DNA of 64,000 nucleotides from Yuukianura sp. NJ FZ-2021 (lineage: Eukaryota), in contig CM102285.1 in assembly GCA_046563655.1 (NCBI GenBank), positions 12,400,001 through 12,464,000 of the forward strand, in the 5' to 3' direction. This document shows positions 1 through 12,200 of the stretch, piece by piece. Under the pieces are notes generated by a model. The model made no database searches. It was given only the letters and a program-made list of their open reading frames with translations, and was not told the origin of the DNA. Made by a program: the position numbers and the translations under genes. Each line of letters opens with the position of its first letter. Position 1 is the stretch's first letter.

Positions 1-1096
1 CCCACAGTCCTAAAAAGTTGGCAGCGATTCAATGAAAGTGTAATGAATAGGGTTGGGGAAAGCTTTTACTACTTGGCTTGACGTTTTGCACTTTCGTATT
101 TTGAGCTTATTCAGCACATTTCAGGACAAAATGCAACAGGGTTTTGTGCGTTTCCGCTTCACTTTCACTTTACTTTTTAAAAATGTCCAGCGCTCAAGCG
201 ATAAACTCAAAAGTCATGTCCTCAGGTCCACAATTTCAAAGTCCAGTAATTAAAATGAACAGTATTATGGAAACAAAACGTGTTTGAAAATGGAGGGTAA
301 ACACCAACACCGTAAAATATTAACGGTTTCCAACAAAGTAAATAGAATACTGGTCTCCAAATAGGGTTTCCAAAAGTCCTGGAGGAGTGATCAAAATTTT
401 GGTGAAAGTTTATCCTTTCATGAATAACAAAAGCCTAGAGGGATAGAGGTCATTTTTTATCGCAGCTCCAGTCCATCTGTCTATTCTTCAGAATCAACAG
501 ACAACCGTGTTCTGGAATGACTTGTTTTTCTGGAAAATTTTGTGTAAACTGATTATCTCTTCACCAGAAGCACGAACTAAACTGGAGCTGGAACGTTACT
601 GCGGAGAAAGTTTCAATTAGAACAATTGGATTTCGTAGCCTCAGGTTAGACACACTTCTAGTCGGGTTTAATTGGGTCAATCCACTTTACTATAAAAAAA
701 ATCCAAATTCTGGAAGAGCCAAAGCGATGATTAATAAAGGAAGTCCAAGTTTTTAGAAAATCGCAAAACTAATATCCGTATTTCGAGTGGAAATTTAAAA
801 AAATTATCAATTTTAGGAAAAGCGCAAAAAAAGTCCGAAAAAAATCCACAATTGTAGTAGAAAATCTAAGAAAGTCGGAAAGTTGGGAGAAAGCTGCAAG
901 TGTTTCTTGTTTGATTTTGGATTTTGCAGAAAATGTACAAAGCCTTTCATTACGTTGGATAAAAATTGAAGTTGTGTGATCAATAATGCCTTGAAGGGAA
1001 AGCAAAAATTGATTAATAAGAAAGAGCGGAAGCGGAGGGTTTAGCCTAACCCAAAGCAAAATCATTCAACATTGCGCAGAAGTTGGTTGGACTGAC

Positions 1097-1337
1097 CTTT
1101 CTTCCTCAAAAGGTCATCAACAATGATGGCACTGATCGTGAAGATATTTCCCATAGTCGTAAGTGTAGCCACACCAGAAATGAAGACTAGTCGAAAGACT
1201 CTGCCCCAGTCTTGCTCGTAATCATCCGTGACACGGACGTGTTGTCCCTTTTCCCCTGGGTCTCTCCAGCCTTCACTCGTCGCTGGAATCAGTAGAAGCG
1301 ACACCAGCGAAACGACGCTGATTTCCACCCGCACCAT
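1097..1337 (-). CDS. First coding exon of a class A (rhodopsin-like) GPCR, melatonin-receptor-like/orphan type; the gene continues beyond the left edge
   Basis: Translates as MVRVEISVVSLVSLLLIPATSEG...DWGRVFRLVFISGVATLTTMGNIFTISAIIVDDLLRKK(G). It has a hydrophobic N-terminus, a TM1 helix with the class A GN motif and a basic first intracellular loop, then a phase-1 donor (G|GTCAGT at 1096). No downstream exon recognised in 1-1096. Confidence 0.75.
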
Positions 1338-4300
1338 TCTGGATCAGTGCACTGGACATGGAGAGAGACCCATAAGAACACTAGACTTTGTTCTCCAGTG
1401 TTCTCCAATTGAAATTGGACAAAAGAGCTTCAGCAAAAAACGATTCCAGAAGATCCACTGAGTGCCTGGAACCACGGAACGTGCTTCCAGAATTTCTAGA
1501 TTATTTTTATATCTTCACAAAAATTCATCGCCAAAATGAGCTTTTTTCTCTCGATTGCTCCGGAAGTCGGAATCTTTTATCAAAACCGTGAAAAAATCCG
1601 CCATTGTTTCCGAGTTTCTTCAGTTTCAGAATTTTTCAAATTTCATTTCCATGTGTATCCTGAAATTTAGATAAAATTGAAAATTAGATCACTGGAGCAA
1701 AATTGCATTTTGAGAAGGCCAAATTGAATTGTCTATTGACGAATAGCTTTAGTAGTTCTATAAAAAGGATTTGGAAAGTAGAGCTCGGAAGTTCATGAGA
1801 ACTGGAACAGAACTGTCGTGTCACATTGAATTTAAGCCTGGATTACCTTTCCCTCTCTTTCCCCTTAACGAAAAGCAGCGCTCTTTTTACTTCTGTCCTT
1901 GTTTTCAATTGGACAATTTCTAGGACTTTGACAGAAGGGGATTTGAAAAACCGTGAGACATGGACGAACTTTCTCTATTTCTAGTTTGACCAAACACTGG
2001 AATTTTTCCAAGATCTTCTTCAGCAGATCGATCAATTCGCTAAACCCTCAAATTGTTTTTCTTTTGACGAAAAAAAAGAAAGAAGAAAACTTTTGCCCGA
2101 GACAAACTTTCATTCAAAATGAACAAGCTTTCTTGCAGAGGATTAACAAAAATACATGTGACCTTTGACCTTTAGAAACAAGCAAAGGGCAAATTTAAAA
2201 CTGGTTAGATTAGAAAAAAAACCGCCAGAGGGAAAGCTTCCACTTCGATTAATGTCACCCCAAAAGTTTGTTGAAAAGTGTAATTTATTTTTAGCCTTTC
2301 ACTTTTTTTAAGGTTTCTTAAATTTTTTGAGGTTTAGGTTTGGCTTTTACATAAAGTTAGGTTATACTTTCTTCGAAGCTTCAGGTTAAGGTAAGCCATT
2401 TGGATTTTACACTGCGGAGAAAGTGGGCTTTCCTTTCAGGAGGCTTTCTTAAACTGCTGTTCTCAGCAAAACGGAAAAGTGTCACTTTTGTCGCCTGTAC
2501 TTCGCAGGTTGCCATTAGCATGTAAAGTGGTTAAGTGGAAAAGCGAATCCTCCCGAGGATCAACTTTCAACTGCCAAAGAAAACACTCACGAGATTGGCC
2601 AAAGCCTTTTTTTTGGAAGTTCTAAAGGAAAGCCTTCTTTCACTCAACTAGAAAGTCTCACTCTAAATGGAGGCAATTTGGACTTATTAGTTCCCCGAGG
2701 TGATCAGAGTGACACATTCAATGTGTAATTGCAAATTGACAAATTGCAGACAAACTCCCCATCCACACCAGATCCAATTCCAAAAGTTTCAAATCTATGT
2801 CAACGTCTTGGGAATTTGATCTTACCTAAACTCACTACGTATTTCTAACCTTATTTTTGGAAATTAGAAACCAAGAGAGGCTTGAAATTTGAGAAAAGGG
2901 AAAGGTCACATTGAAATTCAAAATTGAGGAAGTGAAAGCATAATTGAGAGGTTCTCTTATGCGTGAAAAATGAAAGATTAAGAAGTCTGAAGCATAGACT
3001 GTTGAAGAGCGCTTGAGTAAAATCTAACTTTAAGAGTTGGTGGTAGCGTAACCTAAGCGTTTCCTTAACCAAGCATCGAAACTTAGCCTAGCATGAAAGA
3101 TGAAGGACTCAAAGGAAAATGGAAGGAGGAAAGCCTTGCGGCTTCTACCGTCAGAGACTACTGCTGACTCGGTGGATAATTTCCCAATTGTCATCCTCTA
3201 CTGCATAAAATTCCATGGTAGATTTTCTGCAAAAGTAGAACTGTGAGATACTTGAAGTGGTGTAATATCCGGAGAAAGTGGATCCTAGGGAATTGGGTCC
3301 TACTTGGCAGATTAGGCAAATGAAAGTCCTGTGTTCTGAAATAGGAGCCCTTTGTAACTTCAAAGTCTTCGTCATTCCTCTTTAAAAACCTTCTGCTGTT
3401 TTCACCACACCCACAAAATTATTAAAACCGGATTCGAGGAGAAAGTGGAATAATTGCGTAGACTTTCATTTCAAACAACACTCAAAATACTCCAGAGAAA
3501 GTCGTTAAGTTCGACGTAAATAACAACGTAATGACTCCACAACTTTCTCCGCTCTCTTTGTAAATTTTGAAAAAAAAAATTCTTCGAGTTGTTTCGAAAT
3601 TTGGTTTTTCTTTTTTGTTTTCTTTTAATCTGTTGCTTCCCCATAAACAGTGTTAGGTAATTTTTTGAATTTTTACTGTGTAGCAGTTAACAAATCTGGA
3701 ACAATGAGCTACCAGCGTAAGTTTTCAGTCTGAACTTGCAGTAATATATTTTAAGTACTATTTCAATTTTGGTTTTCTTTTTAGATTAGGTTGCATTGAA
3801 GTTGAAAAAAGTTGAGAATGCGATCAATTTTGACAATTGAAACGGAATTTTGCACAGAATAATAGAAAATAGTTAGATTTTGGAACAGAATTTCATTCTA
3901 AAATCTAAAGTTCAGCAGAGTTAGAGGCTTAAGTCCTCATGTAACTATGTACTTTTGAATCTGAAGAGAGAAAATGGTTCCTAACGAGAGGCAGTTCAGA
4001 AGTTTTGTGCAGTTAATAAGTTTTTTCTTAGTTTTTCTACTCCTAGAAAATTGTCCTGTGAATGTTGAAGTCTCTGCTCCAGAACTTTCTGCTATCTAAT
4101 ACTTACTCTACTGATAGTGTTTTTGCAACTTTTCCTCAGAATTTTTGCTGGAGAAAGTTAGAGAAGGATGGATCAGGTTGCAGAATTGTATCATCCTTTC
4201 CAGGAGAAAGGAGATGAAGCAATAGAAAGCGAGTCAATGGAACAAACGAAGGGAAAAAATAATTGGTGGAGACTAAAAATACTTTTCATGATCCAAGCAG

Positions 4301-6202
4301 ATAACTTTCACTTTCCCAACTCCTTCCAAACCAAAAATAACTGTCATATGCCAGAAAAAGTGAAAGGAAGCTGTGGAGAAAAGCAAGACTCACAAAAATT
4401 CAACAGAAAACGAAAAAAATTAAAAACGAACGTAATCCTAAAATTTGATTTTAAACTTCTATTTTTGTTGAAATGGTTCTCACTATCCATAAAAATTAAA
4501 GAAACCAGAAACGTGCACGGAAAGCTTGGACTGCTTTATAATGTTAGTAAAACAAAACGTGAGAAGAGGTTAGTATGAGTTAGGTTTTTGGAATTTTAGA
4601 TAATAGGGTTGGCGAAGATGAAAAACTAATGGAGAAAGTTGTGACTGACATAAATTTGCCAAAACTCAAAAATTTCTGTAAAAATTTGCATAATGAACAA
4701 ATGGAAATGAAAAATTAACTTGGGGTGGTAGTGTCAAAACGAACTTACGAGTTGAAAATTTCTGGAGAACTTTTGAACTGAAATTTTGCTCCTCCTGGTT
4801 CACTTTAACGCTCTCCGCTTAAAGTTCATCAATTTGACCAACTTTTGCTTTCTAATTGGTTTTCCTTGACACTTTGACTTTAAGAGTAATGAACTTCCCT
4901 TCTTCTCCACTAAATGTTTCAAGAAAGTTCAAAATTTTGCAGGGGAAGTTACGCCGCAGAAGGGACTTTACAGTCCTGAAGTGTCAAAAGTGAATGAAAC
5001 TTTAACAAAGGCGTCTTGACGGGAACAATTTGGAAGAAAACTGGAGAAATTGATGTTGGTGGTGGTTGGAGGTGCTGAGGCTGCTTCTGGAAAATTGCTG
5101 AAAGAAGAGCGACGGACAGAGTAGTGTTCCGGAAGGAAGATCCGGCAGAAGTGACACTGAGGAACTGATAGAAAACTGTTGGGAGATCCAGAAGTTCCTG
5201 GTTTTTTGGTTTTTTCGTGGGAAGGATGAAAGCCATGTTCTATGTCTCATGGTTATACACAGGCGTCGAAGTTTTCACTTCCAGTTTCTCCAGCGATGCT
5301 CCCCTCGAGCGCTACTGGGAAGTTTACAGCGATGAAACACGAATATTATGCCAGCCCTGAAAATCTGTAAAACTCACTGTTGCTTCTCTTTTTTTTTGCT
5401 TTAACTTTCTCTACTAAAATTGGACCTAAAGTTGCTCTTCCTGGACGTAATTCAACTGCCAATCTTTTTTCAGGTCAGAATCAAATTCCGGGCATTTTGA
5501 AAATACTATTACATATCGTGTTGGCATGCAACTTGGTTCTAAACTTTCTCTAGAGAGATTCAGCGACTAAAAATTTTGCGGAAATCGTTTCTCTTAAAAC
5601 GTGAGAAAAAGTGAAAACGAAAAAAATAATTTTTTCCCCTAAAATTTGACAAGCAAGTTTGTCAACAGGATTGTTAAAATTTTTAGGTCCAGTTTGAAAC
5701 CTACGAAAAAATATTATTTACTTTGTTAGCTCCTTCTACGTTGCGTTGCATAGCTTGAAAAAGGGTATTAACCTTGAAGACAGTTTTCTACTAATAAGTG
5801 AAAGTTTTTTTCATGGGAAGGGTCGCACTTTCCTCAAGACATGTAAAGGGGCCCTTCTCACCAATTTTTTTTTTTGCGGAATAAGATTGGAATGGGTTGA
5901 AACGTCGTAAAAAGTGAAAAGAGAGATTATTTGTCTCAGCATTTGTCTAAGTCAATCCCACAGTTGAGACACCACGAATAAGATTGGCGGGAAATTAAAT
6001 TTGAAAAGAATGAAAACAAACAAAAGCAAAAAATGTGACAGACAGGCCCAAAATAAATCCACTCCAAACTCCAAAGTTCCCGTTCCACGTCCAGCAACTT
6101 GTTTGCGATCAATTAATTGAGTTTCAATCATGAAGTAGGTAGAGTTAACATGTTTCAATAACAATTACTTGAGTCATAGTGGGGTTTAAGTTTGAAAAGA
6201 AG

Positions 6203-9200
6203 ATGCGTACAATCAAGTGTCAGTGTGCTAGATGCAAATTGTATGTTCGTGCAACTCTTTCCGAAAATCCGGGTAAGTTAAGAAGATTAATAAGCGATTG
6301 ATTATGCTACAGCTACGCTACCACGATGTCAACCACTTCATAAGTGCGTATTATTTTAATAATTTCAATCTTTTAATCCAACTATTTACTGACTTACAGA
6401 GTATGATATCTTTGAAGAAGATGGAATTACGAAGAGGCAAACGAAATTCGAACACCGGGACTACCAGGTAAATATGTATTTGATATACTCTATGATAATT
6501 CAATTGAGTTCGGATTGAATATAATTTATGTGATGTATTTCACTAGACCGCCTTGATTGAGATAGCAAAAAGAAAAAACATCATAGCATGCCTCCCTACT
6601 GGATCCGGAAAAACGTTTATAGCCTTCAAACTGATTGAACATTTTCAAGATGAAATTATTGGGTACAAACATTTAGTATCAGTTTCGAGTTAACGTCAGC
6701 ATTAATGTGAATGAGTTCAGTTTGACAATTCTATTTATTTTTCAGTTCGGGGAAGAAGGTCATTTTTTTGGCTAATACTATTCCGCTCGTAGCACAACAA
6801 GCGGAGTTCTTTGCAAGAAATTCAATGCTTCGTGTCAAGCATCTCACTGGGGACATGGAAGTGGATTACTGGTCTGGAGAGAAGTGGGGGAATGTTGTAG
6901 AAGGATTTCAGGTAACCACTGCGTACCAACTGCTTAATTTTGTACTAAACTTGAATTCTCGAAATAACAGTGATTTGATTACTACGTTTCTTCAGATGTT
7001 TAACTTATCTTTTTTTTTTATGTGTAGATTCTGGCAATGACGACGCAGATATTCCTAAACATTATACGTCCTGCCTTTATTAAGTTTTCTCAAATTGCAC
7101 TGCTAATCTTCGACGAATGCCACCATGGTAAGCTACACTGATAAGATAATTGGCTTTTATATGAAAATTGCATTATTTATATAAGCATATACCGATCGGA
7201 ATTCTTTTCCTTCTTTCAGCTGTGAAGGACCATCCTATGAAACACGTATGCTGTACCAGTTAACACCACACTACGATATCAACTCTGTTAATTTCCTTAT
7301 GTTTGGTACAGGTTATGCAGAAATACCACGAAACGAAAATGATGGAGCCAAACTATCCTTTACCACGGTATTTGCTACCTAACTGAAGTGATCGGAGTAC
7401 TTTATTATCGTCTTCAATATTTTATTGTTTGTTGTTCTTTTAGGATTTTGGGGATGACAGCTACCATAATCAAAGGAAATTGTACGGAGTGGGAAGTCCC
7501 TGCTCGTGTTGAAGAGCTCGAAAGAACAATGCAGTCTAAAGCTGTAACATACAAGGATTACCAAGAAGTTCTGAAGTGAGTTCCCAACTCATGAACACTT
7601 TTTAGTATTTTAATACAAGAATGGGCTATTAACGATTTCCCCGAAATTTTTAGGCACTCGACCAGCAGCCGTATAAACAAGTATCGCATATCCAGTGAGT
7701 CCGATGATGCGTTGAACGCAGTTTACCTCTTGGATGAGTTAGAGGACTACTCAAAGCACCTCAATAAACTTCGAAATGAACGGAAGAAATTGAAAGCAAT
7801 AACTTCAATTAACGGAATAGATCCGACACTCCGCAGCTCCGAAAATTTATACTTGAGCTTGAAGAAGCCAACAGCTGGTGACTTGCGTATTGCTGTAGAC
7901 GACGTAAAACACTGCTGCTTGTACCTTGGTAAGTAAGCGTCGACCATGGATACCGTGTAAGTCAGCTACTGTTATTACACACAAAATCTTTCTGATCGTT
8001 AGGACCTTACTGTGGAATTATTGCCATCAATCTGAAGATTGCTTTCATCGAGTTCAGTCTTATGGACATTACCGATGGTATCATGAGAGAGTGGTACTTG
8101 AAAGTACGAACGCTGTTCAACAAGATCAAGTACGACACTCCATATTCGTCTTATTAGTTATCCTTTCGTGTAACAATGTGTTTTCTTGAGTTTAGGAGCA
8201 ACATTGAATCGTATATGAATCGATTCATGGATGACAAGTACAAAGTTATCCATTGTACGACAAAAAAGCTCCGGAAATTGGTTGAAATTGTAAAACAGGA
8301 GTTCGGGTAAGTGACAGATAGTTCCAGAAAAAACTTCGAAAGCTTTCAATGAATTTTATTTACTTACAGAATGAACGACCCTCCACCATGCATGTTTGAC
8401 GATGAAACTGGTGAGCTTGAATTAAAATATAGTTACTAAAACCCGAAGTGCTCTTATCGGAATGTTATTAACAGGAGTCTGCGGCATCGTGTTTGTTGAC
8501 CGTCGAGTTGTCGCCCAAGTTCTGGCTTGGTATTTGAAGGTAAGTGTTATCTACTTACTATAGTAATTTACGCTCTAAAGGTACTATAACATGTGTTAAA
8601 TAGTCATCACAATGATAAATCTTTTCTTTTACAGGACTTGGCTTCGCTGAATGAGGACTACGAATTCATCAGGGCAAATTTTGTTGTTGGCACTTCCAGA
8701 AGTGGGTTTGAGTCTGTCGAAAACACTGTGTATTCCAAGAAACAGAGAGAGACTATTCAAGGGTTAGCTCAATTCTTAATTTGGTCAACTAAAAAATGAA
8801 ATCTAATGCTTTTCTGTGTTCTTTTTTTTAAGGTTTCGATCCAAAAAGTACAATATTTTAGTCGCAACTGCCGTTTTGGAAGAAGGAATTGATGTACCGA
8901 GCTGCAATTTTATTGTGCGCTTTGATAAGATAGTTACATATACTTCCTACATCCAGTCAATGGGCAGAGCAAGGAAACCAAACGCTTTGTTCTGTGCCCT
9001 AATTGACGACGCCAATTATCACAAAGATGCTTCTGAGCTGGATACGTATCAGCGAATCAATGTAGCCATGGTGAGGCACCTCATTGCCAATGTCGAGAAG
9101 GTAGATGAAGAACCAAAGCCTATGGAAATTGAACATGGAGTTGAGCCGTTTTGTCCAGGAGGAACAGCTGACTCACCGAGCGTGACTATGGAATCAGCAA

Positions 9201-12200
9201 TGGACGTCATTGACAGGTACCAACGAAAACATCATAATTTCTTATCGCATAAAGTACGAGGCAAGACAGCTAATGCCTAAAGTACTAAACTTCTTAACAA
9301 ATGTCTTGCAGATACTGCAACTTACTCCCATGCGATGGAATTTCTACTTTGCAGTCTCTGAGTTGGTGGATTGAGAAGAGCGGAGGATTGGGGAATCAAT
9401 ATCAAGGCCATTTGAAGCTACCGATGAACAGCATAATCCGTGGCACAGTCAAGGTTAGTGAAGATTCTTGTTACATCGGTTCGTTTCTAGTCTGTACAAT
9501 GTATTTGCATTCTCTTGTATGTTGAAAACAGGGTTTAACAATGATTGGAAAGGATTTGGCGAGGCAGGCAGTGCATTTTGAGGCAGCGAAGATGCTATTT
9601 GAGCTTGGAGCGTTGGACGACAAACTTCTTCCGTCGAGACCAAAAATTCCCGAGAAAATTGAAGCTTACTTCAAAGCGTTGGCAGGAATTTCGGAAGAAA
9701 TAGAAGCAGAGGATGGCGAAGTAATAGAGAAGCCGGAAAGAAAACGTGAATCCCAAAAGGATAAGCCTGCGACGTGGTATAGGAAGAAGGTAAATCTGAC
9801 ATTTTGATATGTTTTGGTTTTTTTTGGTTGCATGCATATGTTAGTCTACGTTTTATTTCTGTTTTTTAGATTCCAGAAATCTTTATGGAGCGCTCATTAT
9901 CTGTTCCAAGAGACTACAAAAGTTGTCGCGTTTATCGAATTTGTTTTGATCTAACGGAACCGAATCCAAATGCGAATTACCAGTTTCGAAACATTTACAA
10001 CTTTGCAAAGGGTACTGCAATTGCCCTTGTCACTTTCGAAGACATTCCAGAGGTAAGACTGTGATTGTTATCTTTTGAAGTTCGTCTTTTCATTATAATT
10101 TTGAGCTGTATTTGACAGATTGGCAATTTTCCAATGTATGGTGGATTTGGGATCATCACTGCCTCGTTACAGTTGCTAACAAAGTTTAAAAGTCGAGACA
10201 TTCCATTTGACTACGCACCGGAGTTTCAAGAATTTGTATTCAGTGAAATCTTGGGCTTAAAAAATCGGATGCTTCAACGACAGCGGAATGCGCCTTTCTT
10301 CATGATTCCTATACGAGAGGGTGAATGACATAGACAAACATTGACAAACATGTACAACTTCACTTTACTTCGAAATCTTTTGTTTCAGTGCGAAATCGAA
10401 GTGGCAGTTCGTGGGAAGTCGACGCTCAGCTGATGGCAGACATTAGGGGATTTTCTGGAGTGAGTCGTATGAAACGACCAAACGAAGACACGAGACGACA
10501 AAGAAGACTTCCATCAAAAGAAGAGTACAAGAGGAAGTTTGAGAATGCTGTTGTTGCTCCGTGGTACAAGAAGGGCGGCCAGTTTGTAAGTTCACATTGA
10601 TAATGTGCATATACATTACAAGTAACACATTATAACTTCAGTTTCTATCTTCCGTTTAGATCTATTGTGTGGACACAGTCGAGGAAGAAATGACTCCAAA
10701 ATCTTCATTTCATGACGCAAATTACAGCAACTACAAAACCTTCATTGAAAATGAATACCGAACGAGAGTTTACGATAACAATCAGCCGCTACTAAAGACC
10801 AAATTAGCAGGAATCGGTAAAGGACCGAAGCAACTCAACTACTTGTTAGTGAAATTCGCAAAGGAAGATGAGTTTTGCGTCTACCTTCTGCCGGAACTTG
10901 TACACAAACTCCCGATTCCTGTTTCGTTCATGGTTCAACTGAAGCTTATCCCAAGCTTTCTGCATCGGTTGTATCGTCTTTTGATTGCACGAGAGATTTT
11001 GACTGACATTGCACAGTATTCACAATGGGATGGAATTTTTAACGAAAACAGAAGCAACTCTGACTCAGTTGATGATGTCAACAGACTGACGGCGGAACAA
11101 GAAGAAAAGAAAGCTGCAGATATGAAACGGCGTCAAGAGTTCCAAGATCGACTGTTGAAGGCTAAGAAGCCAATTCCAGAAGTCCAGAATATTCAAGATC
11201 GTGAGCTCCATTATGAGTTCATTCATCCGAACAGAATTACAATGAAGGACATTCAGCTATTCCATGAAGCGGTGTCTGACCATCATGCAGCCAAGAAGCT
11301 GATTTCCAAGATTGATCCAGCTTTTCAACCAGACAATATCGAGTCGGACATAGGTAAAAGTTGGTTCTGCTTCTACTAAACTTTGTCTTTGTATTTGATA
11401 AAAATAACTTTCTGTTTACAGAGCTCACTCCTATTGAAAGTATTAAGCTGAAAACCCTGCAACCGGAAATGGATTTTAGTACAACCGGCGGACCAACACT
11501 GTTGGCAGTGATGGAGGTAAGTGTGAAGCACATTTTTAAAAATCTTTGAAATAATGAACATAGGAATTGCATAATGTTAACGTACTTTGATTTTTTTAGG
11601 CATTGACACTGTTCAAGTCAAATGACGGAGTTTCATACACTCGACTGAATAGAATTGGCTGGTCGTTCCTAAATTATGTGATTTCGACGCACATTTTTAT
11701 CAATCATCCTGGATGGTCTGAACCACTGATGTGTCAGCTGAGAAATCGGCTGCTGTCGCTTACTTTTCTATGCGCAGTGGCCAAAAAGCGAAACCTGGCG
11801 GAAATTATGGCTGCTAGCGATTTTTATCCAAACGCCACTTGGACTCCACCAGGATTCAAATTGCTGGAAGGCAGAAGACTGGATTTGGGAGAAATCGCTG
11901 CAGAGCATAAAGTTCCTCTCAGAGTCTACGATGGACTTACTGATATAGCCTTGAAGGTAAGGTTAAGTCTATTTTCTAAATTCGAGGAGAGTTATGTTTA
12001 GGTCATTACCGATATATGATGTTGCTTTTTTTTTAGAACATGGAACGCACAGAATTGGAAAACTACGTGATTACAAATGCTCCCAAGTTTGTTGTCCAGC
12101 GAAAGATGCCGGGTGTGGAGGATTTAGTTGCACCAAGCCCCAAACCAGGCAGAAAACCTAAGCCGCCGTTGACTGGTGGGACATTTTCTAGCTACACGCA

